Assembly (NCBI GenBank): GCA_002010065.2
Contig: MTMD02000001.1
Coordinates: 1-64,000 of the forward strand
DNA: 64,000 nt
Reading direction: 5' to 3'
Source of the DNA: Candidatus Pyrohabitans jungbluthii
GTDB taxonomy: Archaea > Hydrothermarchaeota > Hydrothermarchaeia > Hydrothermarchaeales > BMS3B
The notes under the pieces are model-generated. The model was given only the letters and a program-made list of their open reading frames with translations, searched no databases and was not told where the DNA came from. The position numbers and the translations under genes are program-made. Shown here in pieces: positions 38,420 to 47,622 of this stretch; position 1 is the first letter of the stretch; each line of letters opens with the position of its first letter.

Positions 38420-39022
38420 GCCAAGGGCGCGGAAGCCAATCTATACCTGGAGGACAACATTGTTATCAAGGAGAGGATACGTAAGGAGTATCGTATCAGG
38501 GAAATAGACGAAGCCCTGCGCACCACGCGCACAAAGCGTGAGGCAAAGCTGCTCTCTCTCGCGAGGCGTGCAGGCGTGCCAACGCCTGTGGTGCTGGATG
38601 TAGACAACAGAAGCAAGTGCATAACCATGAGCTACGTAGAAGGGGAGAAGGTTAAGTACATCGTTGAAAAGCTGAGCCAGGAGGAGCTTAAAAGGCTGTT
38701 TTCTGAAATCGGCTCGCTTGCGGCAAAGCTGCACCGCGCCAACATTATCCACGGCGACTTAACCACGTCGAACATGCTGCTTTCGCAGGGCAGGGTTTTC
38801 TTCATAGACTTTGGACTGGGCGAGGTGAACCCCAGCTTGGAAGCCAAGGGCACAGATCTTCTCGTTTTCAGGAAGTCGGTGCGCTCCACGCATTTTAGGC
38901 GTGAGAAGGAGATCCTCGAAGCGTTCTTCTCAGGCTACAGAAGTGAGTATCCTGAAGGCGAGGAGGTTATAGAGAGGATGAAGCGCATAGAAAAGAGAGG
39001 GAGGTATATCTCTGCCCGTTGA
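38408..39022 (+). CDS. bud32: KEOPS kinase Bud32
   Basis: GAEA, HGDLTTSN, IDFGL, RGRY; start at 38408 or 38393. Confidence 0.93.
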
Positions 39023-39563
39023 GCTTGCGTTTGTAACCAGCAATGAACACAAGTTTAGCGAAGCTGAGGAGATTTTAAAAGGCGTGGCAAGGCTTCGGTG
39101 GAGGCAAGAGAGCTACCGCGAGGTTCAAGCAGAGACGCTTGAAGAGGTGGTAAAGGAGGCGCTCACGGAAATACCCGGCGACAACTTCTTTATTGAGGAT
39201 GCAGGTTTATTCATCCCTGCGCTCAACGGTTTCCCCGGGGTTTACTCCGCCTACGTTTTTAAAACCATTGGAAACGAGGGCATTCTGAGGCTGCTTAAAG
39301 GTGCGGATAACCGGGAGGCAAGCTTCCGGAGCGTCGTGGGGCTAAAGCTTAGAGGCGAGGTGAAGCTCTTCACCGGCGAGGTTCGCGGAAGGATAGCCCT
39401 TGAAGCGAAGGGCAGCGAGGGCTTTGGCTACGATCCTATTTTTATCCCCGGAGGCTACGACAGAACCTTCGCAGAGGATACCCGGCTCAAGCAGAGGGTT
39501 TCGCATCGAAGGCGGGCATTGGAGAAGCTGGCAGCGTACCTGCGAACTACCCACCACTTCTGA
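39012..39563 (+). CDS. XTP/dITP diphosphatase (RdgB/Ham1), probable CTG start
   Basis: EDAGL, FPGVYS, GFGYDPIF, SHR; the conserved FVTSNxxK lies upstream of the track GTG, in frame with CTG at 39012 after GGAGGT. Confidence 0.9.
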   Translation: MPVELAFVTSNEHKFSEAEEILKGVARLRWRQESYREVQAETLEEVVKEALTEIPGDNFFIEDAGLFIPALNGFPGVYSAYVFKTIGNEGILRLLKGADNREASFRSVVGLKLRGEVKLFTGEVRGRIALEAKGSEGFGYDPIFIPGGYDRTFAEDTRLKQRVSHRRRALEKLAAYLRTTHHF

Positions 39564-39897
39564 AGCTCTCTATTGCAGCGGTGAGATTTTTCGACAGTAT
39601 GCTCACATTCTCAGAGGCGTTGCTCTCAGGGGTTATCTTTTTTATTATGCCTGCCACCGCCTTAAATTTGCTCGCCAGTTTTTCCAGCGCCTCGGATACA
39701 TTCTGCCTGTAGCTTTGCTCCGCCTCTTGGGCGCGCAGCGAATACTGCTCTCCGCTGATCTCGCCCTGAATCCGCGCCCTGAGAAGCTCTGACTGAGTGT
39801 CCACCATTTTGCTTGTGGAGCTCGTTATTGTATACACAACACCGGCGAATAGTGCTGCGATGCCTATAGCAAGAGCCAAATAAGATTTTCCCAGCAT
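39547..39897 (-). CDS. Hypothetical membrane-anchored protein
   Basis: N-terminal TM helix followed by a helical domain. Confidence 0.6.
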   Translation of the reverse strand: MLGKSYLALAIGIAALFAGVVYTITSSTSKMVDTQSELLRARIQGEISGEQYSLRAQEAEQSYRQNVSEALEKLASKFKAVAGIIKKITPESNASENVSILSKNLTAAIESFRSGG

Positions 39898-40020
39898 GCT
39901 TCCCCTCACAGGCCTGGCCTATAACAATATTTCGTATTATCTTTGTGGTAGGTAATATTAAAAGGTTAGCAAGCACGCTAGGGGGTTCAATTCTGAATCT
40001 ATGATTGCATGGGGTGATAA

Positions 40021-40088
40021 GAACCTTCGGTCAAAACCCTTCGGGTTTTCCCTCACCACTTCGACGGCGAGGGTAACGCTGATGGTTC
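40021..40088 (+). other. Intergenic three-way-junction structure (ncRNA or REP/MITE-like element)
   Basis: GAACCTTCGG/CTGATGGTTC closing stem enclosing AAAACCC-TTC-GGGTTTT and CCCTC...GAGGG hairpins. Confidence 0.45.
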
Positions 40089-40164
40089 ATATGTGGTGAA
40101 CATTTTCGGGAAAAAGAATATCTATCATTATAAATAATGACGGTTTCTCAACGGAGGTGTTTAA

Positions 40165-42039
40165 ATGGAAAAGCCAAGTGTGCATGAGACTATAAACGAG
40201 ATGTATCAGAAGGTTAGAGAAGAGGGTATCTCCAACGTGGCTGACCGCTACGAAGCCCAGAGCAAGAAGTGTACCTTCTGTGTTCGTGGGCTTAGCTGTC
40301 AGCTTTGCAGCATGGGACCTTGCAGAATAACTGAGCAGGCTCCTTATGGTGCATGCGGCATCGACGCAAATGGAATAGCCATGCGTAACATGCTCCACAG
40401 GAACATAATGGGCACCGCAGCTTATTCCTATCATGCGGTTGAGGCGGCAAAGACGCTTAAGGCAACAGCCCTAGGCAAGACCCCCTTCAAAATAAACGCG
40501 CCTGAGAAACTCATAGCCTTTGCTCAGGCTCTGGGCATCGAGACAGAGGGCAGGGATATAAACGATGTGGCGGTGGATGTGGCTGACTTTGTTATCGCCG
40601 ATTTAAATCGAGACGCGGACGAGCCCAGCAAGCTTGTGGAAATCTTTGCCCCGGAGCAGAGGAAGAAGCTCTGGAAGGAACTGGGAATCTTCCCGGGCGG
40701 TGTGCTCCACGAGATAATGGTGAACGCAGCCTCAAGCATGACCAACGTGGACAGCAATTACGTCTCCCTGGCTCTTAAAGCGATGAGGATGGGCATAGCC
40801 ACGGCGTTTCAGGCACAGCTCAGCCTTGAGATTATTCAGGACGTGCTCTTTGGCGTACCAAAGCCCCATAAGGGCTACGTCGACCTGGGCATCATAGACC
40901 CGGAGTATGTGAACATCGCTGTAAACGGGCACGAGCCCTTTGTGGGCGCTGCCCTGATTGAGCTCGCCAAAAGCGAGGAGGTGCAGGCAAAAGCAAGGGA
41001 AGCAGGAGCAAAGGGTTTGAAGATAGTGGGCTCCATCGAGACTGGGCAGGAGCTTCTGCAGCGCTACAACGTGGATGACGTGTTTGTGGGCTTGACGGGC
41101 AACTGGATAACCCAGGAGTACGTCCTTGCCACTGGAGCAATAGATGTCTTCGCAATGGACATGAACTGCTCCCTGCCGAACCTGGCTGACTACGCTGAAA
41201 AGTACGGCGTTACGCTTGTGCCGGTGTCCAAGCTGGTGAGAATGAGAGGCGTTGACAAGGGCTTGGACTATAAACCAGAGCTGGTAAAGGAGCAGGCTGA
41301 GGAGCTCATCAACATAGCTATTGAGAACTTCAAAAAGAGGAAGGGCAAGCCCACAAGGGTGCCAAAGCGCAAGCAGGAAGCCATAGTCGGCTTCTCCATA
41401 GAGAGCATCCTCGATGCACTGGGTGGAAGCCTTGACCCGCTGCTGGAAGCCATAAAGAGTGGAGATATTAAGGGCGTCGTTGCCCTGGTGAGCTGCACAA
41501 CACTGAGGAACGGACCCCACGATGAGAACACAGTTACAATAGCAAAAGAGCTGATAAAAAGGGACATACTGGTGCTCAGCATGGGCTGCGGCAACGCCGC
41601 AGTGCAGGTCGCAGGCTTAACCAGCTTAGAGGCTCAGGAGCTCGCGGGTGAGAGACTCAAAAAGGTGCTCAAGGCGCTGAACATCCCGCCAGTGCTCAGC
41701 TTCGGCACGTGCACAGACACCGGCAGGTTGGCGCAGCTTGTCACAGCCCTCGCCAACGCCCTCGGCGTAGACACAGCGCAGCTACCCATAGCGGCAACAG
41801 CGCCAGAGTACATGGAGCAGAAAGCTACAATAGACGCCATCTTCGCTGTCGCTCTCGGAGTTTATACCCACGTCGCCCCGCTGCCCCCTGTAACCGGCGC
41901 TCCCGAGCTTGTGAAGCTTCTAACTGAAGACGTGGAGAGCATCACCGGCGGTAAGCTTGCGCCAGAGTGCGACCCCATTGAAGCTGTGGACTGGATCGAG
42001 AAGCACATAATGAAGCGCAGAGAGGAGCTGGGCATTTAA
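40165..42039 (+). CDS. cooS: Anaerobic Ni-Fe carbon monoxide dehydrogenase catalytic subunit
   Basis: CTFC..G.SCQLCSMGPCRI...CG, NGH, DMNC, VSC, GC, GTCTD, EQKA. Confidence 0.95.
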   Translation: MEKPSVHETINEMYQKVREEGISNVADRYEAQSKKCTFCVRGLSCQLCSMGPCRITEQAPYGACGIDANGIAMRNMLHRNIMGTAAYSYHAVEAAKTLKATALGKTPFKINAPEKLIAFAQALGIETEGRDINDVAVDVADFVIADLNRDADEPSKLVEIFAPEQRKKLWKELGIFPGGVLHEIMVNAASSMTNVDSNYVSLALKAMRMGIATAFQAQLSLEIIQDVLFGVPKPHKGYVDLGIIDPEYVNIAVNGHEPFVGAALIELAKSEEVQAKAREAGAKGLKIVGSIETGQELLQRYNVDDVFVGLTGNWITQEYVLATGAIDVFAMDMNCSLPNLADYAEKYGVTLVPVSKLVRMRGVDKGLDYKPELVKEQAEELINIAIENFKKRKGKPTRVPKRKQEAIVGFSIESILDALGGSLDPLLEAIKSGDIKGVVALVSCTTLRNGPHDENTVTIAKELIKRDILVLSMGCGNAAVQVAGLTSLEAQELAGERLKKVLKALNIPPVLSFGTCTDTGRLAQLVTALANALGVDTAQLPIAATAPEYMEQKATIDAIFAVALGVYTHVAPLPPVTGAPELVKLLTEDVESITGGKLAPECDPIEAVDWIEKHIMKRREELGI

Positions 42040-42050
42040 GTGCCCTCCCC

Positions 42051-42062
42051 TTTTTTATTTTA
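42051..42062 (+). terminator. Oligo-T terminator after cooS
   Basis: TTTTTTATTTT tract just after the stop codon. Confidence 0.5.
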
Positions 42063-42299
42063 TTAAGTCAGGTGGTAGGATTTTTCTCTTCGAATTAAAT
42101 TTCTTCTGAATCAGTATTCAACTCAAAATCAGCCTCTTAAAATAGTCAATTGGTACATCGGTGTCAGTTTCATTGCTTTTCAGCCTTAGATTTTCTTCAG
42201 GTTTTTTATCGCCTTGCTCAGGGGGAGAATTAATAACTTAAATTCTACAATATTATGGTTTATACTAGCAACCTCAAGGGGCGCACTGGAGGTTTTAGA

Positions 42300-43913
42300 A
42301 TGATCCTCAGGGGCAATATCGTGGACGTGAAGAGGGGTGAAGTATATGCCGGAGAGGTGGTTTTTGAGGGAGGAGTTATCAGAGAGGTGCGCGAGACCAG
42401 AGGAGAGTTCTCCAGCTACATTCTTCCCGGGCTGATTGATGCGCACATCCACATAGAGAGCAGCATGCTCGTGCCCAGCCGCTTCGCTGAGGTGGCGGCA
42501 ACGCACGGCACTGTCGCTGTCGTTGCTGATCCCCATGAGATAGCCAACGTTCTCGGCATCGCAGGCATTGAGTACATGATACGCGACGCCTCTCATGTGC
42601 CGCTGAAGTTTTACTTCACCGCCCCCTCGTGCGTGCCTGCAACGCCTTTTGAAACCTCCGGCGCCAGGCTGGGCGTAGAAGAGGTTGCCTCGCTGCTCGC
42701 CCGAGAGGAGATTGTCGCCCTTGGAGAGGTGATGAACTATCCGGGTGTAGTTGCCCGCGACCCTGAGGTAATGGCCAAGCTGAATGCCACTAAGAAGCTG
42801 GGCAAACCCATAGACGGCCACTGCCCAGGACTTAGAGGCGAAGCACTGCGCAGCTATGTGGAGGCTGGGATAAGCACAGAGCACGAGTGCACATCGCTGG
42901 AAGAGGCGGAGGAAAAGGCAAAGCTCGGGATGAAGATAATGCTCCGCGAGGGCAGCAGCGCAAAAAACCTTAAAGCACTGGCTCGCTTCAAAGGTGAGGC
43001 TTTTCTTGTGAGCGACGACGTCCATGCCAAAGACCTGCTCCGCGGGCATGTGAATTACCTGCTCAGGCGAGCGGTTGAAGAGGGAATGGACGAGGTTGAG
43101 GCTGTGAGGAGGGCATCGCTTTACCCTGCAAAGCACTACCGCTTAAACGTGGGGATGCTGCGCGAGGGCGATACCGCTGACATCGTCGTGGTTCGCGACC
43201 TGCGCAGCTTCACCTGCATAGAGTGCTACATCAACGGCACCCTCGTGGCGGCGCGGGGAAAGGCGCTCTTCGAAGCTTCACCGCTTGAAGGCGAGAATAC
43301 AGTAAAGGCAAGCCTTAAATCTCCTGAGGACTTCCGAATACAGGCGAAAAAAGCTAGCCCAAAGGTTAGGGTGATAAGGGTTGTACCCGGGGAGATAGTC
43401 ACCGACGTTGAGATTGCCGAAATTCCCGGGAGAGAGATTAAAGCCATGCCTGAGCGGGACATTCTCAAGCTTGCGGTGGTGGAGCGCTACGGTGGCAATG
43501 GCGTTGCAACTGCACTGGTTAAAGGCTTCGGGTTGAAGAAAGGAGCCATAGCCTCGAGCATCGCTCACGACTCCCACAACATAATCGCCGTTGCCGCTAC
43601 CGATGAGGACCTGGCGGAGGCAGTGAATCAGGTTATACGCATGCACGGCGGCATTGCTGTTGTTGCGCATGGAGAAGTGCTCGCATCGCTGGCGCTGCCC
43701 ATCGCAGGATTAATGAGCCCTGAGCCTGCTCAGCAGGTGGCTGAGAGGATGGAGAAGCTCAACCAGGCAGCACGTAGCCTTGGCTGCACCCTCGAAGCAC
43801 CGATAATGGCGCTTTCCTTCCTGGCGCTGCCCGTGATACCAAAGCTGAAGCTCACCGATCGCGGTCTCTTCGACGTGGAGAGATTCGAGTTCGTGGAGCT
43901 GGAGGTGCAGTAA
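42300..43913 (+). CDS. ade: Adenine deaminase
   Basis: DAHIHIESS, DPHEIANV, GEVMN, DGH, HDSHN, LPVIP. Confidence 0.93.
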   Translation: MILRGNIVDVKRGEVYAGEVVFEGGVIREVRETRGEFSSYILPGLIDAHIHIESSMLVPSRFAEVAATHGTVAVVADPHEIANVLGIAGIEYMIRDASHVPLKFYFTAPSCVPATPFETSGARLGVEEVASLLAREEIVALGEVMNYPGVVARDPEVMAKLNATKKLGKPIDGHCPGLRGEALRSYVEAGISTEHECTSLEEAEEKAKLGMKIMLREGSSAKNLKALARFKGEAFLVSDDVHAKDLLRGHVNYLLRRAVEEGMDEVEAVRRASLYPAKHYRLNVGMLREGDTADIVVVRDLRSFTCIECYINGTLVAARGKALFEASPLEGENTVKASLKSPEDFRIQAKKASPKVRVIRVVPGEIVTDVEIAEIPGREIKAMPERDILKLAVVERYGGNGVATALVKGFGLKKGAIASSIAHDSHNIIAVAATDEDLAEAVNQVIRMHGGIAVVAHGEVLASLALPIAGLMSPEPAQQVAERMEKLNQAARSLGCTLEAPIMALSFLALPVIPKLKLTDRGLFDVERFEFVELEVQ

Positions 43914-44004
43914 GCTCACAACTCTATATTACTTTACATTGTTATAAGTTACTTTCGAACTTTAAAGTTATATGAGACCTCTTTGGGAAGTGTGGTGATT
44001 CGAC

Positions 44005-44478
44005 ATGAAAATAGGTGAAGCGCTGGCGAGGACCAAGCTGCTAAAGAACAAGTTGGTTGAGCTGCAGAAGCTTCAGAGGAGGACATTTTTTGTCGAGGAG
44101 GGCAAAACAAAGGAGGCAAACTTTGATGAGCTCGATAGAGAGCTATCCAAAGTAATGGAGGAGCTACGAGAACTGAAGCTGAAAATACAGAGAGCCAATC
44201 TCAACACCTACATAGAGTGGAAAGGAAGGAAGATATCTCTAGCTGAGGCAATCCTTATAATAGGAGACCTACGCTCACAACTCGCCCATCTCGACGCGCT
44301 AGAGACAGATTCTAAGTTCGGTATCAGAAGCCTCTTCGACAGAAAGACTAAGGATGAGGTGGAATACCTGCCCCAGAAGTCCAGAGTGGAGCTACTAGAG
44401 CTGAAAAAGAAACTGGAAGCTGAAAAGACAGCACTCGACAATCTGGTGCAGAGCACCAACTGGAGGACGGAAATATAG
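44005..44478 (+). CDS. DIP1984-like coiled-coil protein
   Basis: MKIGEAL...IQRANL...SLAEA...R...LD..VQSTNW.TE, the pattern I recall for this family (MKLAEAL...IQ..NW). Confidence 0.75.
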   Translation: MKIGEALARTKLLKNKLVELQKLQRRTFFVEEGKTKEANFDELDRELSKVMEELRELKLKIQRANLNTYIEWKGRKISLAEAILIIGDLRSQLAHLDALETDSKFGIRSLFDRKTKDEVEYLPQKSRVELLELKKKLEAEKTALDNLVQSTNWRTEI

Positions 44479-44667
44479 CTCATCTCTTCATAGAGATGAG
44501 GCGCGGGTATGGAGGTGCCTAGTGGGGCTCCAGCTGCCGTGGAAGGCAAGAGGTGCGTGCTGTGAGGCGACGCCTTAAGGTTCAGCGATTAAGGGTCAGT
44601 GCACCTTCAAGGCTCACCGCTCAGGGCTCAACCGCCACCATGAGGCTCCTCCACCCGCTGCTTTTTT
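44479..44667 (+). ncRNA. Candidate structured RNA with heptamer repeats, directly downstream of the DIP1984-like gene
   Basis: 9-bp hairpin 44479-44500; long closing stem 44503-44520 with 44643-44658; eight TYANNGN-like heptamers at 44575-44634; ends at a T6 tract. Confidence 0.65.
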
Positions 44668-44700
44668 GCATAAATGCAGAGGATTTGGAACTAGCTACCT

Positions 44701-45209
44701 CTACCTCCCCATGTACTCCTCCAGCTTCCCCTCCGCCTGCTTCCTCTTACACCATTCGCGCAGGGTTTCCCTCTCACCGAGGTACTTATAGTAGGGCACG
44801 CCGTAACCGCAGCTTGTCATTACCTCCTGTATGTGCAGCAGGATTATCTGCCTCGCATAGGAGGGCACCTCCAGCTTCATCCTGGCCATTAAGCCTCTTC
44901 TCTCAGCCTCCTCAAGGGAGAGCACCTCTCCCCTGCAGTACAGGCGGAGAACCATCGGCTTGGCGTCGAAGCTGCAGAACATCACCGTAACCATTCCCCC
45001 TGGGCTATGTGCCTCGCTGTCTCATTGCCGCTTCCCGGGTAGTCGATGTAGGCCACGGTTTTGCTGTCGATTACCGAGAAGGTTTTGTACCCCTTCGGAG
45101 AAATGTTAACCCTCCCTCCATCGGGAGGAGCAGAGGCGACGAAGAATATCCTCTGAGCCTCAATGAATCTTTTCAGCTCCTCATTCAGCTCCGGGTAGAA
45201 TTCCGCCAT
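44701..45209 (-). pseudogene. Pyridoxamine 5'-phosphate oxidase-family protein, frameshifted
   Basis: Two overlapping ORFs (FFVASA..N.SPKG...GSGNET; VMFCSF..P..LRLY...SCGYGVP) joined by a one-base shift at a G5 run (44996-45000). Confidence 0.8.
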
Positions 45210-45385
45210 TACACTCTCTCCCGAATTCCTGAATCTTACTTCTGCACTTCAGCCTTATCAGATTTTCGCTTTATAAAATTTCTCTTTAGAATCCATTATT
45301 CTTTTAGTCCTACATTAGTCTTATTCTGACGCAAAGGCGATAGGCTGGAAAAGTGAAAACTTCGGCTGAAATATCCAACATCCCC

Positions 45386-45413
45386 TGTGCATGTTATCTG
45401 TGCACATATAAAA
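45386..45413 (+). promoter_or_regulatory. Palindromic operator next to an AT-rich TATA-like tract upstream of vapBC
   Basis: TGTGCA-N9-TGCACA followed by TATAAAA just before the antitoxin ATG. Confidence 0.45.
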
Positions 45414-45414
45414 C

Positions 45415-45639
45415 ATGGGCACGAAAACTATATCTCTCTCCGAGGAAGCCTACAGATTGCTGAAAGAGGCAAAACTTCCAGGCGAAAGCTTTTCGGATGT
45501 TGTGAAGAGGATGATTAAAAAGAGGCCTCTATCAAGTTTTGCTGGCTTATGGGCGGAGCTGGAAGATGAGAAGATAGAAGAAATTAAAAAATTAATCAAA
45601 ATTGAAAGGGAGATTTCTGATAAAAAATGGGGGTACTGA
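45415..45639 (+). CDS. vapB: VapB-type antitoxin
   Basis: TKTISLSEEAY..L...K..GESFSDVV; upstream of a PIN gene. Confidence 0.88.
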   Translation: MGTKTISLSEEAYRLLKEAKLPGESFSDVVKRMIKKRPLSSFAGLWAELEDEKIEEIKKLIKIEREISDKKWGY

Positions 45640-45642
45640 ATT

Positions 45643-46029
45643 GTGGTGGTTCTTGAAACTGACTTCCTAATAGATCTTCTCAAAGGTGAGGAGTATGCTG
45701 TAACCAAAGCCAGAGAAATTGACGAATCTGGAGAACCAAAATTCGTCACGCCTGTTTCAGCCACAGAGTTTCTCATTGGTGCCCACTATATTGGTGGTAA
45801 ATATCTTAAAGCCGCCATGGAACTTTTGTCTTCACTTGAAATCCTTGAGTTTGACTTGGAAGCATGTTATGTGGCTGGTGAAATAGGCGCCACTCTTGCA
45901 AAAGAGGGCAAGCACATAGGTGTAGCAGATACCATGATCGCGGGCATAGTAAAGAGACATGGAGAAAAGCTGCTCACGAGAGATGAGAATTACTCGCGAG
46001 TTAAAGGGCTCGTGGTGGAGAGGTATTAA
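45643..46029 (+). CDS. vapC: VapC PIN-domain toxin
   Basis: LETDFLID, E, D.MIAG, LLTRD. Confidence 0.9.
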   Translation: MVVLETDFLIDLLKGEEYAVTKAREIDESGEPKFVTPVSATEFLIGAHYIGGKYLKAAMELLSSLEILEFDLEACYVAGEIGATLAKEGKHIGVADTMIAGIVKRHGEKLLTRDENYSRVKGLVVERY

Positions 46030-46232
46030 ATCCTCTGTGCTAAGATGGCTCCTTGGTATGACCGCTCTGAGGCATACAGCATTTATGGGCCACGGGGAAA
46101 GTGAAAGCCTCAGAATGGCTTATAGCAGCATCCCATCCATAAAATTTGGGCGAAAGTATATATACTTCTTCCAGCAATAAATAATAAATTAAAAATAGTT
46201 TATTTATATATAAAAAAGGAGGTGGGTGTGGC

Positions 46233-46709
46233 GTGAGCATAACACAAAAATTGGCTATTCTATATGCTATCCTTATAACTCTCGGCACCGCAGGTGCGCA
46301 GATGATGGGAGGCTATGGAGAAGGCGGCTATTACGGAATGATGGGCGCTCCCGGTTATGGGTTTGAGCCCAACACAAGTTACTACTCCTATCGGGGCTAT
46401 CAAACCTATCCCTACGGGTATGGTGGTATGCCCATGGGTGGTTATGGTATGATGGGCGGTATGATGCCAATGATGGGTGGCTATGGTGGTTATGGAATGA
46501 TGGGAGCTTATCCGGGCTATGGGATGGGCTACTCTGGTGGCTGGTTCCTGCTGCTTCTTCTCATAGCCGTGGCAGCGGTTCTAATTTACTACGCAAGGGG
46601 TAAAGAAGCAGCCCCTTCGAGTGCAAAAGATATCCTGGACATGAGGCTGGCTAAAGGCGAGATAACCCAGGAGGAGTACCAGAAGCTCAGAGAGGTGATT
46701 GAGGGATGA
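46233..46709 (+). CDS. Gly/Met/Tyr-rich membrane protein with C-terminal SHOCT domain
   Basis: Signal/TM helix, GMMG repeats, TM helix, ILDMRLAKGEITQEEY. Confidence 0.85.
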   Translation: MSITQKLAILYAILITLGTAGAQMMGGYGEGGYYGMMGAPGYGFEPNTSYYSYRGYQTYPYGYGGMPMGGYGMMGGMMPMMGGYGGYGMMGAYPGYGMGYSGGWFLLLLLIAVAAVLIYYARGKEAAPSSAKDILDMRLAKGEITQEEYQKLREVIEG

Positions 46710-47272
46710 AAAAGGGCATCGCAATAATAATCGCAGCGGTTCTCGTATTCCTCGCTATTGGCTTGTACAACCAGTACTCATACTACAGGGCGGCTCCATT
46801 CTATGGCGGTGGAGGGATGATGATGGGCACACCTTATCCGGGGGCACAGCCCGGCTATGTGCAGCCAGCGCCGCAGATACAGTTCTCCTCAAACGGTGAG
46901 ATGATCTATTATACTGGCGTCAACAAGAGGGGAGAGCGTATTGTGCCCAGGTTCGGTGGACCCATGTGGCTCTATATGCACGGCGGAAGCTGTGTATCCT
47001 GCCACGGTGAGGACGGCAGAGGTGGCAAGCCAGTGATGATGTGCTCTGAGGTTCCGCCGGACATAAGGTACAGTGCGCTAACCAGCGAGGAGATGGAGCA
47101 CGAAGAGGGCGAAGAGCACCCGCCCTATAACGAGACCACGATAAAGCGGGCAATAACTCAGGGTTTAAACCCCGCCGGCGAAGAGCTTGATCCGTGCATG
47201 CCCAGATGGGCAATAAGCGAGAATGACCTGAACGACTTAATTCTCTTCCTTAAGGAGCTTGACAGGAGGTGA
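46706..47272 (+). CDS. Membrane-anchored monoheme cytochrome c
   Basis: TM anchor, CVSCHG heme motif, distal MP.W. Confidence 0.88.
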   Translation: MKKGIAIIIAAVLVFLAIGLYNQYSYYRAAPFYGGGGMMMGTPYPGAQPGYVQPAPQIQFSSNGEMIYYTGVNKRGERIVPRFGGPMWLYMHGGSCVSCHGEDGRGGKPVMMCSEVPPDIRYSALTSEEMEHEEGEEHPPYNETTIKRAITQGLNPAGEELDPCMPRWAISENDLNDLILFLKELDRR

Positions 47273-47277
47273 ATAAT

Positions 47278-47511
47278 ATGGCGACGAAAAACGATAAGCT
47301 TGTGGCTGGAATTATCCTGACGGTGGTTGGCTTGCTTGGTCTCAGCTCAGGCGGAATGATGGGCTATGCAGGCATGGGCGGCATGATGGGTGGCTACGGG
47401 ATGATGGGCGGCTACGGCATGGGCTTTGGGTTCTTCCCACTGCTGATCAGTGCGGTATTTCTGGGCATAACTCTATTCGGGGTCTACCTGATATACGAGG
47501 CAGTGAAGTGA
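47278..47511 (+). CDS. Small Gly/Met-rich 2-TM protein
   Basis: GGMMG repeats between two TM helices; GGAGGTGA RBS. Confidence 0.75.
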   Translation: MATKNDKLVAGIILTVVGLLGLSSGGMMGYAGMGGMMGGYGMMGGYGMGFGFFPLLISAVFLGITLFGVYLIYEAVK

Positions 47512-47622
47512 AGGAGAGTATAAAGTAGAAAAAAAGCGCATCGAAAACATAGGGGAAAAACCTACTTCTCCCCTCTCTATTCCTCATTTATCTAGGGGAA
47601 TGTTGTTATTTTATTGTCAAAA

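Noticed and set aside
39975-40000. GGGGTTCAATTC resembling a tRNA T-arm
   Set aside because: No cloverleaf or acceptor stem can be built around it.
42186-43136. 316-aa minus-strand ORF and similar long antisense ORFs (2990-3757, 40732-41520, 55994-56821)
   Set aside because: Shadows of well-supported genes on the opposite strand, with no motifs.
44553-44990. 145-aa plus-strand ORF over the candidate RNA
   Set aside because: Low-complexity translation, no clear RBS, crosses a T-tract and is antisense to the PNPOx-like gene.
47520-47620. Possible CRISPR array next to cas6
   Set aside because: No repeat-spacer periodicity here or anywhere else in the window.
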